Part shown: positions 1-10,115 of the stretch, in pieces | Position numbering within the stretch: the first letter of the stretch is position 1 | Layout of the letters: each line of letters opens with the position of its first letter | From: Candidatus Pyrohabitans jungbluthii | GTDB lineage: Archaea > Hydrothermarchaeota > Hydrothermarchaeia > Hydrothermarchaeales > BMS3B | Length of the DNA: 64,000 bases | Direction of reading: 5' to 3' | Assembly (NCBI GenBank): GCA_002010065.2 | Contig: MTMD02000008.1 | Span: 32,001 to 96,000, forward strand | Translations under genes and position numbers: made by a program | The notes under the pieces: generated by a model | The model's input: only the letters and a program-made list of their open reading frames with translations | The model's database searches: none | What the model was told of the DNA's origin: nothing

Positions 1-252
1 CAATGTGAAAAAATTGCCGGATGGTGTATGCCATTTCGATAGTTTAACATGATTTTTTATCGGAAGATCATATTCTCTAATAATTCTTTCAATATCAATA
101 TTTGGTGAAGAGTCAATCTTTACGGCGGTGTGTTCTCCTACAGACTTATTTTTTTCTATTAAAACAGTCTCCAAACCCTCTTTAGCGCAGAAGTACGCAG
201 CACTCGCACCCGCTGGCCCAGCACCCACCACAAGCACATCGCATTCTAACAT
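1..252 (-). CDS. FAD-dependent oxidoreductase, geranylgeranyl reductase-like (5' part only; continues off the window edge)
   Basis: Manual translation from ATG at 252 gives MLECDVLVVGAGPAGASAAYFCAKEGLETVLIEKK, a classic GxGxxG Rossmann start. Confidence 0.8.
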   Translation of the reverse strand, partial: MLECDVLVVGAGPAGASAAYFCAKEGLETVLIEKNKSVGEHTAVKIDSSPNIDIERIIREYDLPIKNHVKLSKWHTPSGNFFTL

Positions 253-337
253 GCTGAGAATAATGTATTTGCGCAATTAATAAAACTTACTCGATTTTCT
301 TTGCCATGTTAATTCCTAGCACTGTAACGGTGGTCAG

Positions 338-469
338 GTGGATTTGGAGAAGTGCGAAAACTGTCCCATACCAATAAACTACTGTGACGGACTCACCCGC
401 TACAAGTGTGGCGTCCAGCGAAAGGATGTGGAAAACTACTGCATTTACGACAAATACATGCAGAAGTAG
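338..469 (+). CDS. 43-aa cysteine-rich small protein (possible zinc-binding microprotein)
   Basis: GTG start preceded by a GGTGGT RBS-like sequence. Translation is MDLEKCENCPIPINYCDGLTRYKCGVQRKDVENYCIYDKYMQK*. It is below the ORF track cutoff. Confidence 0.5.
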   Translation: MDLEKCENCPIPINYCDGLTRYKCGVQRKDVENYCIYDKYMQK

Positions 470-701
470 CTGGTGGGGCCTCGTTATTAACCTTCTTCTC
501 CCAGCATTGGCGTAACTAACCTATAGGCTTTTGTCACCATGAATCTACCTGTCTGCCAGTACTCCCGTCAGAGCTGGTTAACTTACAGGGGGTATAACCT
601 TCTGAATCAACATTATTTGCCGTGGGCCTAGATCCCACGCTCTCTTTCTATGATTAATACCCTGCCTTCACAAAGATTTAAATAGTATGACCTATATAAT
701 T

Positions 702-726
702 TTGTTGTTAAGTGACTTAACAACAA
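702..726. promoter_or_regulatory. Perfect 12-1-12 palindrome, candidate operator of the TrmB-family gene
   Basis: TTGTTGTTAAGT-G-ACTTAACAACAA lies between a TATA-like TTTAAATA (677-684) and the ATG at 739. Confidence 0.6.
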
Positions 727-738
727 GGGAGTTTTACG

Positions 739-1560
739 ATGGAGAACAAAGAGGTCTCCCTGCTAATGGGGTTGGGACTAACAGAAGCCGAGGCCAAAGT
801 TTATATCAGGCTTCTGTGGGAAGGTTCAGTAACCGCCGGGGAGCTAGCCAAATTGACCAAGTATTCCCGTACGAAGGTATATGAAATCCTTGAAAAACTC
901 CAGAGGGAGGGGCTGGTGGAAAGCTACCCCACCAGACCCACTCAGTTCAAGGCTTTAGATCCCAGCGTCTCAATCCCCCTGTACGTCCAGCTCAAACGCC
1001 AAGAGCTTGAAACCGCCGAAAATCTCCTGTCTAGAAGCCTTTCTAAAATTTGGAACAAGAGACCCTCTCAGGATGCTCAGGTCTTTATCAATGAGGGTTT
1101 AAATAAAACCTCTGCCAAGTTTTTGGAGCTTATAAACCAAGCAGAAGAAAATATATATACCTTCATGGCATGGATATCAAGAGGGGAATATGATTCTCTC
1201 TTAGATGCCTTTAAAAAAGCCCGTGAAAGGGGAGTGGAGGTTTATATGGCGGTTTATGACAATCCTGATTTTAAGGATGGGGTATCCCCTGAGATGTTGA
1301 CTGAATTTTCAACTTATTCCCATGAGTTTTATCTTGTACCAAGAGACTTCCACCCATTCCCACTGCCGCCGGTAAAGCTTCTGGTGGTGGACGAGAGGGA
1401 TGTCAACATAGTTTTTGGAGACTACCTTGAAACCGGCTCACTGAAAGATGCGATTTCTGTCCACTACCACAATATATCAGGAATGGGTGTGGTGGCCAGG
1501 AAGATTGCACCCATGTGTTTCGAGACATTTTTTGCCAGGTTCAGGAGGGGCAAAGAGTGA
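739..1560 (+). CDS. TrmB-family transcriptional regulator
   Basis: N-terminal LGLTEAEAKVY...RTKVYEILEKLQREGLVE wHTH, followed by a PLD-like effector domain (RGVEV...KLLVVD). Confidence 0.9.
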   Translation: MENKEVSLLMGLGLTEAEAKVYIRLLWEGSVTAGELAKLTKYSRTKVYEILEKLQREGLVESYPTRPTQFKALDPSVSIPLYVQLKRQELETAENLLSRSLSKIWNKRPSQDAQVFINEGLNKTSAKFLELINQAEENIYTFMAWISRGEYDSLLDAFKKARERGVEVYMAVYDNPDFKDGVSPEMLTEFSTYSHEFYLVPRDFHPFPLPPVKLLVVDERDVNIVFGDYLETGSLKDAISVHYHNISGMGVVARKIAPMCFETFFARFRRGKE

Positions 1561-2549
1561 AAATTATCGAAACTCATGAGCTAACAAAGGAGTTCAACGG
1601 CTTAGTTGCGGTGGATAAGGTTACCTTCAGCGTAGAGCGGGGAGAGATATTCGGCTTTCTTGGTCCCAACGGCGCCGGTAAGACCACGACAATAAAAATG
1701 CTGACGACGCTTCTCCTTCCCACTAGCGGCACAGCGTACATCTCAGGCTTCGACGTTGTTCGCGAAGCTGCGCAGGTGAGGCGCAGAATAGGTTTAGTAC
1801 CTCAGAGGATTGTGCTTGAGGGTGACCTCACAGCAAGGGAGAATCTCCTCTTTCACGGCATGCTCTACGGCTTGAGCAGAAGAGATATTGAGGCAAAAAT
1901 TCCAGAGCTGCTGGAGCTTGTTGGTCTAAAAGAGCGTGCTGACAGCAAGGTCAGGACCTTCTCGGGTGGGATGAAGCGCAGGCTGGAGTTGGTTAAGGTA
2001 CTGCTTCACGAGCCAGAGGTAATCTTTCTCGACGAGCCTACAGTTGGCTTGGATCCACAGACAAGACGCAAGATCTGGGAGTACATACAGATACTAAACC
2101 GAGAGAGGGGAGTTACCATCTTTCTCACAACACACTATATGGAAGAGGCGGACTACCTGTGCAATAGGATCTGCATTATCGACCACGGAAAAATCCTCGA
2201 TATAGACACGCCACAGAGGCTCAAGGACAAAATCGGCGAAGGCGATATAATTGAGATGGAAGTTTCCGGCAAGGGAGAAAAGTTTGCACAAGCGCTGGAA
2301 AAAGAATGTGGCTGTCAGATAAAGAAGATGGAGGAGAACAGGATTACTATTACAGCCAGGCGAGGAGAATACGCCCTCAAAGAGATTTTCTTCCTCGCAG
2401 ACAAGCTTGGGGTTGAGGTAACCTCTATCTCCGTAAGGGAACCCACCCTAGAGGATGTGTTCATCCACTACACTGGTAGGGGAATTCGCGAGGAGCTGGT
2501 CCCGGGAAGCGGCATGATGAAGTATCTCACAAGGAGGCTCAAGCAATGA
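1557..2549 (+). CDS. ABC exporter ATP-binding subunit (DrrA/NodI-like)
   Basis: Walker A GPNGAGKT, signature FSGGMKRR, Walker B FLDEPT, C-terminal PTLEDVF. GTG start at 1557 overlaps the upstream stop. Confidence 0.93.
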   Translation: MKIIETHELTKEFNGLVAVDKVTFSVERGEIFGFLGPNGAGKTTTIKMLTTLLLPTSGTAYISGFDVVREAAQVRRRIGLVPQRIVLEGDLTARENLLFHGMLYGLSRRDIEAKIPELLELVGLKERADSKVRTFSGGMKRRLELVKVLLHEPEVIFLDEPTVGLDPQTRRKIWEYIQILNRERGVTIFLTTHYMEEADYLCNRICIIDHGKILDIDTPQRLKDKIGEGDIIEMEVSGKGEKFAQALEKECGCQIKKMEENRITITARRGEYALKEIFFLADKLGVEVTSISVREPTLEDVFIHYTGRGIREELVPGSGMMKYLTRRLKQ

Positions 2550-3661
2550 GCTTTCTCCGAGAACTCTACGTGGTGTTCTGGAAGGAGATGCTGCTATGGA
2601 TAAACAACCCCATGCTGCCAGTTGTAAGAGCGCTGGTATTTCCCATGATGTGGATAGTCATCTTCGGCTCCGCCTTTGGAGGCGAGGTGAACCACATTCC
2701 CCTGGCGGTTGTTCTCAGCGATACAAGCGAGCTTTCCATTGAGTACCTTAACGCCCTGAACATCGGCACCACACTTGACATAAAAAACACAAACCTGGCA
2801 ACGGCCCAGAAGATGCTGAAAAACCGCAAAGTCTATGGGATACTCTATATCCCCGAAGATTTCAGTAAAAAGCTGGCCGCGGGCGAGAAGGTGAGCGTCG
2901 TCTTAAGCCTGGACGAAACCACGCCCCAGATTTCCAGCGCCATTGTAGCGCACGTAACCAGCGCAACGCAATCCTTCTCAAAAAACATCGCCCTGGCTGA
3001 AAACAGGGTGGTGGTTGAGAAAAACACCCTTTTTGGCAGGGGGATAGAATACCTGGACTACTTAGCCCCCGGCGTGGTGATGATGACAATCCTGTTTTCT
3101 GCTCTCTTCTCGGGCGGACTCAACCTCATAATCGACCGCGAATTCGGCACCCTTACAATGCTTATGGTTTCGCCCGTCTCACGAGATGCGATAATTCTGG
3201 GCAAGATATTTGCAGGTGTGCTCCAGAGCATAACCAGTGGCGTGGTTGCGCTCGCTGTAGCCATGCTCATGGGCGTTCACCTGAAAAGCGGTGCCGCTGG
3301 TTTTCTACTGATGGTGCTCCTTATGTTCATTGCTGGCTTCGGTTTCATTGGGATGAGTACCGCCATCGGTACGCGCATATCTGAGCTGGAACAGCTCATG
3401 GTGGTGATGATGGTTTTATTAATGCCTATGTGGTTCTTGTCTGGTGGATTCTACCCCATTGAGTCGATGCCCGATTGGATGCGCCCCCTCGCGATTGTAA
3501 ACCCCATGACCTATGCCACAGACGCGGCGCGATCAATAATGATTCGCGGGATAATCTGGGAGACCCTTGCTCTTGACCTTGTAGTAATCACAACCTTTGC
3601 AGTGGCGATGTTCCTTATCGGCTCCTACTCATTCAAAAAAACTCTTGGAGGTGTAAAATAA
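2546..3661 (+). CDS. ABC-2 type exporter permease
   Basis: Multiple TM segments with the motifs DREFGTL...SPVS...GK and LSGGFYPIESMP.W...NP.TY. Confidence 0.9.
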   Translation: MSFLRELYVVFWKEMLLWINNPMLPVVRALVFPMMWIVIFGSAFGGEVNHIPLAVVLSDTSELSIEYLNALNIGTTLDIKNTNLATAQKMLKNRKVYGILYIPEDFSKKLAAGEKVSVVLSLDETTPQISSAIVAHVTSATQSFSKNIALAENRVVVEKNTLFGRGIEYLDYLAPGVVMMTILFSALFSGGLNLIIDREFGTLTMLMVSPVSRDAIILGKIFAGVLQSITSGVVALAVAMLMGVHLKSGAAGFLLMVLLMFIAGFGFIGMSTAIGTRISELEQLMVVMMVLLMPMWFLSGGFYPIESMPDWMRPLAIVNPMTYATDAARSIMIRGIIWETLALDLVVITTFAVAMFLIGSYSFKKTLGGVK

Positions 3662-3662
3662 A

Positions 3663-5219
3663 ATGAGGAGGGTATTAATAGTAGTTCTGGCTTTTACAGC
3701 CCTTTTAAATGTCGCGGCAGCGCAGATTGGCGGTGGACAATCGTTGATTATAACCGACCTGAAAATCACTCCAGCGGAGGTTCACCCCGGTGATAACTTC
3801 ACCCTCTCCTTTAAGGTTGTAAACGCCTGGGGGTGGGATAGATTTATTGAGGACGCGTACGTGCACCTGGAGGGGGGCTATCCCTTCCTTAAAATAAGCC
3901 CAACTCAGCCCCAGAGGCTCCGCGGCTTGGGGTATGACATAGACTGGTGGGTCAGCAGGGGCGCAGAGGTTAGCTACAACCTCAGCGTCGACCCAACTGC
4001 AGTGGCGGGTGTATATACCCTAAATGCGGTGTTCAGCTACACCCGTTACAGCGATGCAGTGGGCACAAAGGGCGGAGATGAGAGGTTCACAGAAGTTCAT
4101 CCCATAGCTATAAAGGTGGTGGGCAAACCAGAGGTGGAGGTGTATGTTAAGAGTTCTCAGCCAGAGAAGCCTCAACCGGGCGATACTATAACTCTCTCGC
4201 TCAAGGTGGCCAACCTGGGCAGCGATTATGCGAGGAATGTGTTGCTCTACGTAGGTGAACTTCCCGATATAGCTCCGGAGTGGAACAGCAGGGTCGTGTA
4301 TGTGGGCGACGTAGCACCGGAGGGCTCTGTCAATGCCCTGATTACTCTTGAGACTTCCTCCGAGCTTCTCCCGGGTGAGTATCTCCTGCCTATTGGTATT
4401 CTTTACCAGGATGGAAACGATAGGTGGGTGGAAAAAAATTCCAGCATAAAACTCACCATTCGCGGTGTGGAGGAGCTGGAGGTTTATGTGGAGTCGTCGA
4501 AGCCTGCAAAACCTACCCCGGGGGATGATATCACCCTCATCCTCAAGGTTGTTAACTATGGTTCCCTGCCGGTGAAGGAGGCTGTCCTGGAGGTTGGAGA
4601 GGCTCATGGCGTGGAGCCCCTGTGGAGCAGCCGGAGGATTTATTTAGGTGATATACCAGCCAAAGGCTCTACTCAGGCAAGGGTTGAGCTTGAGGCTGAT
4701 GAAAACACCACCACCGGAGACTACACGCTGCCGGTGAAGATATTCTCGCGGGGTGTCCTCACTAATATAAAAAGCATTGGAGTCACCCTCCACAGCGAGG
4801 CGGACTTTGAGATAAAGCCGGTGCAAAACCTGGTAAAGGCAGGTGAATCGGAGCAGATGGTTAGTTTTACAGTGAAGAATACGGGGACAAAAGCTGCGGA
4901 GGATATTAGGCTCACTCTGCGCGCAAACTATCCTTTCACGCCGGTGGGCAACGAGTACTATATAGAGCGCCTTGCTCCAGGAGAAGCCACAGTGGCGGAG
5001 TTCCATGTGGACGTAGATAGCGATGCGGCGAAGCAACGCTACCCCATTGACGTGGTGATAAAGTGGAAGGAAGAGGAAGACGACGAGGAGCAGATTGATG
5101 TTAAGTACTCATACGTGGAAGTGCTGAAGAAGGAGAGGAAGATTGCCTACTATGTTGCTGCACTACTCGGCGTAGTGGCTATTGCCGCCGCTTTGGTCAA
5201 GAAGAGGAAGAAAAAATGA
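3663..5219 (+). CDS. COG1361 / S-layer-domain-like surface protein with repeated Ig-like (CARDB-type) modules
   Basis: Signal peptide, repeated PGD.ITL.LKV.N.G modules and a C-terminal TM with basic tail KKRKKK. Confidence 0.75.
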   Translation: MRRVLIVVLAFTALLNVAAAQIGGGQSLIITDLKITPAEVHPGDNFTLSFKVVNAWGWDRFIEDAYVHLEGGYPFLKISPTQPQRLRGLGYDIDWWVSRGAEVSYNLSVDPTAVAGVYTLNAVFSYTRYSDAVGTKGGDERFTEVHPIAIKVVGKPEVEVYVKSSQPEKPQPGDTITLSLKVANLGSDYARNVLLYVGELPDIAPEWNSRVVYVGDVAPEGSVNALITLETSSELLPGEYLLPIGILYQDGNDRWVEKNSSIKLTIRGVEELEVYVESSKPAKPTPGDDITLILKVVNYGSLPVKEAVLEVGEAHGVEPLWSSRRIYLGDIPAKGSTQARVELEADENTTTGDYTLPVKIFSRGVLTNIKSIGVTLHSEADFEIKPVQNLVKAGESEQMVSFTVKNTGTKAAEDIRLTLRANYPFTPVGNEYYIERLAPGEATVAEFHVDVDSDAAKQRYPIDVVIKWKEEEDDEEQIDVKYSYVEVLKKERKIAYYVAALLGVVAIAAALVKKRKKK

Positions 5220-6166
5220 AACCAAGCGTAGACTACATCTCTGGTGAAAGCCTCTATCGCCCTGAAGTTGTAAGGTGGAGGCGTCGCATTGAGGAGCGCT
5301 ACATTCCGCCGGAGGACGCAGCCGTTGCAGTGCTCCTTCCATGCTCTGCCACAAAACCCTACTCGGCCTCGCCATCGCATCGCCGTTTCATCGCCGCTAT
5401 TAAGCGCGGAGCTAAAGGCAAGCGCAGCCTTGTGCATGAAGCAATAATGACCTCTCCTCTCGCCTTAGTGCCAAGAGAGCTGGAGAACCTCTATCCCGCG
5501 TGCTGCTACGACACCACCGTGACGGGGCACTGGAGCGAAGAGGAGAAGGAAGTCCTAGCTAAGGCGATACGAAGCTATGCGGCGAAGTTTAAGGGGGAGC
5601 TTCTGTGCTACGCGGGCGAAGCCTACGCAGAGGTGTGCGAGTCTCTTGGCATAGACGTCATAGCCAAAGATAACCTTCTCAGCGAGGACTCCCTTAAAGC
5701 CCTAGAGGAGCGCATCCGGGAGGCGCTTATGGACAAGCAAGGCACGGGGTATAACCCGCTTGAACCGCTAAGGAAGGTCGCAGATGTCCAGTTTGGCTTG
5801 GGCGCGGGCAAGGCACTCATCTGCGAAGGAGCAAGAGTAAGGAGGGGCAGGATATTCTACAAAGGCGAGCAGGTAGCGGCGATAAGTGAGAGGCACGGTT
5901 ACCTTGCACTCACACTGCGCGGTGGGGAGCTTCTCAGGGACTTCTCGGGCTACGTGGTGGAGCTCAGCTTCTTCCCAAAGAGCAATAACATTTTCACGCC
6001 AGGGATTGAGCATGCTGGCGAGGATATTAGACCTGGGGATGAGGTTATCGTAGTGTACGGCGATGAGGTGGTGGGCGTGGGCAAAGCGCTGCTCAACGGC
6101 AGTGAGCTTGCCAAGGCTGAGCGAGGCTTGGGCGTGGTGCTGAGGCACAGAAGGAAAGCTGCTTAA
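5216..6166 (+). CDS. arcS: Archaeosine synthase alpha subunit-like protein (DUF5591 + PUA)
   Basis: [13 protein letters not shown] and TSPL.LVPRELE..YP motifs, plus a C-terminal PUA domain (IRPGDEV...VGVGKA). Confidence 0.8.
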   Translation: MKPSVDYISGESLYRPEVVRWRRRIEERYIPPEDAAVAVLLPCSATKPYSASPSHRRFIAAIKRGAKGKRSLVHEAIMTSPLALVPRELENLYPACCYDTTVTGHWSEEEKEVLAKAIRSYAAKFKGELLCYAGEAYAEVCESLGIDVIAKDNLLSEDSLKALEERIREALMDKQGTGYNPLEPLRKVADVQFGLGAGKALICEGARVRRGRIFYKGEQVAAISERHGYLALTLRGGELLRDFSGYVVELSFFPKSNNIFTPGIEHAGEDIRPGDEVIVVYGDEVVGVGKALLNGSELAKAERGLGVVLRHRRKAA

Positions 6167-6236
6167 TTTCGCTTTCGGAAAACTTTACGATGTGAATCTT
6201 CAGCTTGCGATTGGTTCATTTTTATGGAGGTATACT

Positions 6237-6692
6237 ATGGCAAGGATGCACACCAGGCGAAGAGGTAAATCTGGTTCCACTCGCCCTTATCGCACTTCAC
6301 CCCCCGAGTGGATAGAGCTGAGCAAGGAGGAAGTGGAGGATATAATAGTCAAGCTCGCCAAGCGTGGCGAGTCGCCCAGCAAGATAGGAATAATCCTCCG
6401 CGACCAGTATGGCGTGCCTCTCAGCAGGTACGTCACCGGTAAGAAGCTGACAAAGACCCTTGAGGAGAAGGGCATAAAGTATCCCATACCCGAGGATTTG
6501 ATGAATCTCATAAGGAGAGCGGTGACCATAGACAAGCACCGCAAAGAGCACAAAAAGGACATGGTGGCAAAGCGCGCCCAGCAGCTTGTTGAGGCGAAGA
6601 TACGCAGGCTGGTGAAATACTACAAGCGCGAGGGCAAACTTCCGGCTGACTGGAAGTATAGTATTGAAACCGCAAAACTCCTGGTGAGGTAA
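6237..6692 (+). CDS. rps15: 30S ribosomal protein S15 (uS15)
   Basis: [14 protein letters not shown] and [11 protein letters not shown]; GGAGGT RBS before ATG 6237. Confidence 0.97.
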   Translation: MARMHTRRRGKSGSTRPYRTSPPEWIELSKEEVEDIIVKLAKRGESPSKIGIILRDQYGVPLSRYVTGKKLTKTLEEKGIKYPIPEDLMNLIRRAVTIDKHRKEHKKDMVAKRAQQLVEAKIRRLVKYYKREGKLPADWKYSIETAKLLVR

Positions 6693-6724
6693 AAAACCCT
6701 CACCTTTTTATTTCGGGGAGCAGG

Positions 6725-8209
6725 ATGGAGGCTGTGCCGAAGAAGCTTGAGCATGATTTAGAAGAGGCGGCGGATTTTCTTCGAGATTATCTTGAGAGGG
6801 GGGGCGTTCCAAAGGTTGTCACCCATCATGATGCAGATGGGCTAAGCGCCGGGGCGATTGTTCACAGCGCCATTACCAAGGAGGGCTACCCCTGCCACAC
6901 ACGCTGTGTCAAGCAGCTTGAAGATAGGATTATTGCAGAACTAGCCGCAGAAAAGCCCGAGATGGTGATTTTCACGGACTTTGGCTCGGGACAGGTGGAT
7001 CTGATCCAGAAACATCTTAAAGATACCAAGGTGATTATCCTTGACCATCACCAGCCCAAGGAGGTTAAGGCTGAGATAGAGCACAACATCAACGCTCATA
7101 AATATGGCATCGACGGGGCGCGCGAAGTCAGTGGCTCGGGTATGGCGTACTTCTTTGCTCGCGCATTCTGCGATGGCTGTGAAGAGTTACCTGAAACCCA
7201 GTTCCGGGTGACGGAGCTTGCAGCACTTGCAATCGTGGGAGCGGTAGGCGACCTGCAGGATAACAGCGGCGCCTTCCACGGTCTGAACAGGCTGATAATT
7301 AAAGAAGGTGAAGCCGCTGGTGTGCTTCGCGTTGAGAAGGACCTCCGCCTCTTCGGCAGGCAGACGAGGCCGCTCTACAAGGCTATAGAATACACCACAG
7401 AGCCATTTATCCCCGGCTTAAGTGGAAGTGAGAGCGCGAGTTTGCAGTTTCTGAGTGAGCTCGACATACCTGTGAAGCGAGATGATCGCTTTGTAATGCT
7501 GGCTGATTTAACCCAGGAGGAGAGGCAGCGTCTGACAACGGCGCTGATATTGAAAATGATAGAGCACCGCGTACCACCGCGGATAGCTGAGAGCATTGTG
7601 GGCGAGGTTGTGACGCTGCTCAAAGAGGAGAAGCGCACACCCCTGCGCGATGCCAAGGAGTTTGCAACCCTGTTAAACGCCTGCGGGAAACACGAGCATT
7701 ATGGTATAGGCTTAGCGGTATGCTTGGGAGAAAGAGGCGAGCTATACCGCCGCTCCCTGGGCATGCTTCGGGAGCACCGTGAGTATTTGAGCACCTGCTA
7801 CAACTGGATAACCCAGAATCTGGACAAAATCAGAGACGAGGGCGCGGTGTATGCACTTCACGCGGGTGAGGAGATAGACGAGAACGTCATAGGCACCGTC
7901 GCCGGGATGGTGCTCAACTCCCGCATACTCAACCCCATAAAGCCCATAATCGCCTTTGCCGACGCCGAGGACGGCGAGGTCAAGGTCTCAGCGCGGGGAA
8001 ACCGCGAGCTTGTGGATAGTGGTCTCAATCTGGGCAAAGCGATGCTCTACGCCAGTGAGCTTGTCGCGGGAGAAGGCGGTGGCCATGACATCGCCGCTGG
8101 GGCAAAGATACCTAAAGGCAAGGAGGAAGAATTTTTAAAGCACGTGGAAGAAAAGATAAGGGAGCAGCTTGCCGTCCCGTCTCGCGAAGCGATAGGGGGA
8201 CGAAAGTAG
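6725..8209 (+). CDS. DHH-family RecJ/GAN(Cdc45)-like nuclease
   Basis: HHDADG, TDFG, DHH, GAVGD and C-terminal GGGHDIAAG motifs, in the conserved rps15-recJ-pcc1 context. Confidence 0.9.
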   Translation: MEAVPKKLEHDLEEAADFLRDYLERGGVPKVVTHHDADGLSAGAIVHSAITKEGYPCHTRCVKQLEDRIIAELAAEKPEMVIFTDFGSGQVDLIQKHLKDTKVIILDHHQPKEVKAEIEHNINAHKYGIDGAREVSGSGMAYFFARAFCDGCEELPETQFRVTELAALAIVGAVGDLQDNSGAFHGLNRLIIKEGEAAGVLRVEKDLRLFGRQTRPLYKAIEYTTEPFIPGLSGSESASLQFLSELDIPVKRDDRFVMLADLTQEERQRLTTALILKMIEHRVPPRIAESIVGEVVTLLKEEKRTPLRDAKEFATLLNACGKHEHYGIGLAVCLGERGELYRRSLGMLREHREYLSTCYNWITQNLDKIRDEGAVYALHAGEEIDENVIGTVAGMVLNSRILNPIKPIIAFADAEDGEVKVSARGNRELVDSGLNLGKAMLYASELVAGEGGGHDIAAGAKIPKGKEEEFLKHVEEKIREQLAVPSREAIGGRK

Positions 8210-8446
8210 ATGCACGCCCGAGCAGAGCTTGTGTTTCACTACGCCAGTGAGGAAGAGGCTTCACAAATAGCTTACCTCCTGGAGCTTGACAACCGCGTTG
8301 CCCCTAGAGGACTGAAGGTTAAAACTGAGCAGAAAGGTAAAGCGGTGGTAACCAATACGGAGCACACCAACGTAGGAACGCTCTTCGCAACCATAGATGA
8401 CCTGCTCTTCTGCGAGAAGCTTATAAGCGAGATACTGAGGCTGTAG
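8210..8446 (+). CDS. pcc1: KEOPS complex subunit Pcc1
   Basis: 78 aa with L..DN and L.ATIDDLL motifs; synteny after recJ. Confidence 0.8.
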   Translation: MHARAELVFHYASEEEASQIAYLLELDNRVAPRGLKVKTEQKGKAVVTNTEHTNVGTLFATIDDLLFCEKLISEILRL

Positions 8447-8448
8447 TC

Positions 8449-9729
8449 ATGCTTGACATAAACCTTTTCAGGGAAAATCCGGAGGTAGTGAGGAAGGATT
8501 TAAGAAAACGCGGCGCCCACGACAAGCTGAAGCTGGTGGACGAGATTATAGCTCTCGATAAAGAGTGGCGCTCCTCGCTTACTCGCCTGAATGAGCTGCG
8601 CAGGCAGCGCAATGTGCTGAGCAGAGAGATTTCTCAACTTAAAGCTAAGGGTGAGGACATCTCAGCGAAGGTGGCTGAGATTAAACGCCTGCCTGAGGAG
8701 ATTAAAGAGCTTGAGGCACGCGTAGATGAGCTCGAGGCAAGGCTGCGCAGCCTGCTGATGCGCATGCCCAACCTGCTTCACGAGTCTGTGCCCGTAGGCG
8801 AGAGCGAGGAAGACAACGTGGTAGTGCGCACCTGGGGAGAGCCTCGCGAGTTCGACTTCCCGCCTAGAGACCACATTGACCTCGCGCTGCTCAACGACCT
8901 CTTCGACATAGAGCGCGCCGCCAAAGTTGCAGGCTCGAGATTCTACTACCTGAAGAACCAGCTGGTGAAGCTGAACTATGCGCTCATAAACTTTGCGCTG
9001 GATTTCCTTGCAGAGAAGGGCTTTACCCTACTCCAGCCGCCCTACATGCTGCGCCGCGCTGCTGAGGAGGCGGCTACCGACTTAGCTGATTTCGAGGATG
9101 TGATTTACAAGGTGGAGGGCGAGGATTTATATTTAATACCCACCTCTGAGCACGCGATTCTCGCTATGCACATGGACGAAATCCTCGACGGCAAAGCCTT
9201 GCCCCTGCGCTATGCCGGCATAAGCCCGTGCTTCAGGAAGGAAGCAGGTGCGCATGGCAGGGATACCAAAGGCATCTTCCGCGTGCATCAGTTTGAGAAG
9301 GTGGAGCAGTTTGTGTTCTCTCGCCCCGAGGAAAGCTGGGATGAGCATGAGCGTCTGCTCGCCAACGCCGAGGAAGTGTACCAGAAGCTGGGAATACCCT
9401 ACCGCGTGGTGAACATATGCACCGGCGACATTGGTACGGTAGCAGCCAAGAAGTACGACATCGAGGCTTGGCTTCCGGGACAGGGTAAGTACCGCGAGGT
9501 GGTGTCCTGCAGCAACTGCACAGATTACCAGGCGAGGCGTGCGAGAATACGCTTCCGTGACTCCCCAAGCGAGCCAACGCAGTATGTTCACACCCTCAAC
9601 AGCACCCTAATTGCTACTGAGCGCACCCTTGTGGCGATCCTTGAGAACTACCAGCGAGAGGATGGGAGTATAGAGGTGCCCAAGGTACTGGTACCCTACA
9701 CCGGCTTTGAAGAGATTAGGGTGGAGTAG
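8449..9729 (+). CDS. serS: Serine--tRNA ligase (bacterial/standard type)
   Basis: MLDI..R start, LIPTSE, CFRKEAG, FRVHQFEKVE, SCSNCTDYQARR and HTLNST motifs. Confidence 0.97.
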   Translation: MLDINLFRENPEVVRKDLRKRGAHDKLKLVDEIIALDKEWRSSLTRLNELRRQRNVLSREISQLKAKGEDISAKVAEIKRLPEEIKELEARVDELEARLRSLLMRMPNLLHESVPVGESEEDNVVVRTWGEPREFDFPPRDHIDLALLNDLFDIERAAKVAGSRFYYLKNQLVKLNYALINFALDFLAEKGFTLLQPPYMLRRAAEEAATDLADFEDVIYKVEGEDLYLIPTSEHAILAMHMDEILDGKALPLRYAGISPCFRKEAGAHGRDTKGIFRVHQFEKVEQFVFSRPEESWDEHERLLANAEEVYQKLGIPYRVVNICTGDIGTVAAKKYDIEAWLPGQGKYREVVSCSNCTDYQARRARIRFRDSPSEPTQYVHTLNSTLIATERTLVAILENYQREDGSIEVPKVLVPYTGFEEIRVE

Positions 9730-9785
9730 AATAGTTGTGTCGCCAGTGCTGATGCTGAAGTCTTTTGCCTGAATGCCGGAGCTTA

Positions 9786-10115
9786 TTATACCCACCAGTA
9801 CCGAAGTACAGCCACAAATAAAATGCCTAAAATCACAGTCCAGAACAGGCTTTTTGTACGCCAAGCAACCAGCAGGGTGGGCAGGGAGGCGACCAGAAAT
9901 TCATTGCTCAAAGAAAGCTCCAGCTTCCCATCTGGCATTAACAACGCTGGAAAGAGCAGTGCTGATAGAACTGCAACTGGAACATACCTCAGCCAAGCAA
10001 TCACTGCCTTGGGCAGTGAAAATTTTGCCAGCACCAGTAAGGGTAATGCCCTAGGGATATAGGTTACCAGGGCCATAAGTAATATTGTCAGTGCTATTCT
10101 TTGCTCGATTTCCAT
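9786..10115 (-). CDS. azlD: AzlD-family branched-chain amino acid export protein
   Basis: TYIPRALP and WLRYVPVAVLSALL motifs; downstream of azlC. Confidence 0.85.
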   Translation of the reverse strand: MEIEQRIALTILLMALVTYIPRALPLLVLAKFSLPKAVIAWLRYVPVAVLSALLFPALLMPDGKLELSLSNEFLVASLPTLLVAWRTKSLFWTVILGILFVAVLRYWWV

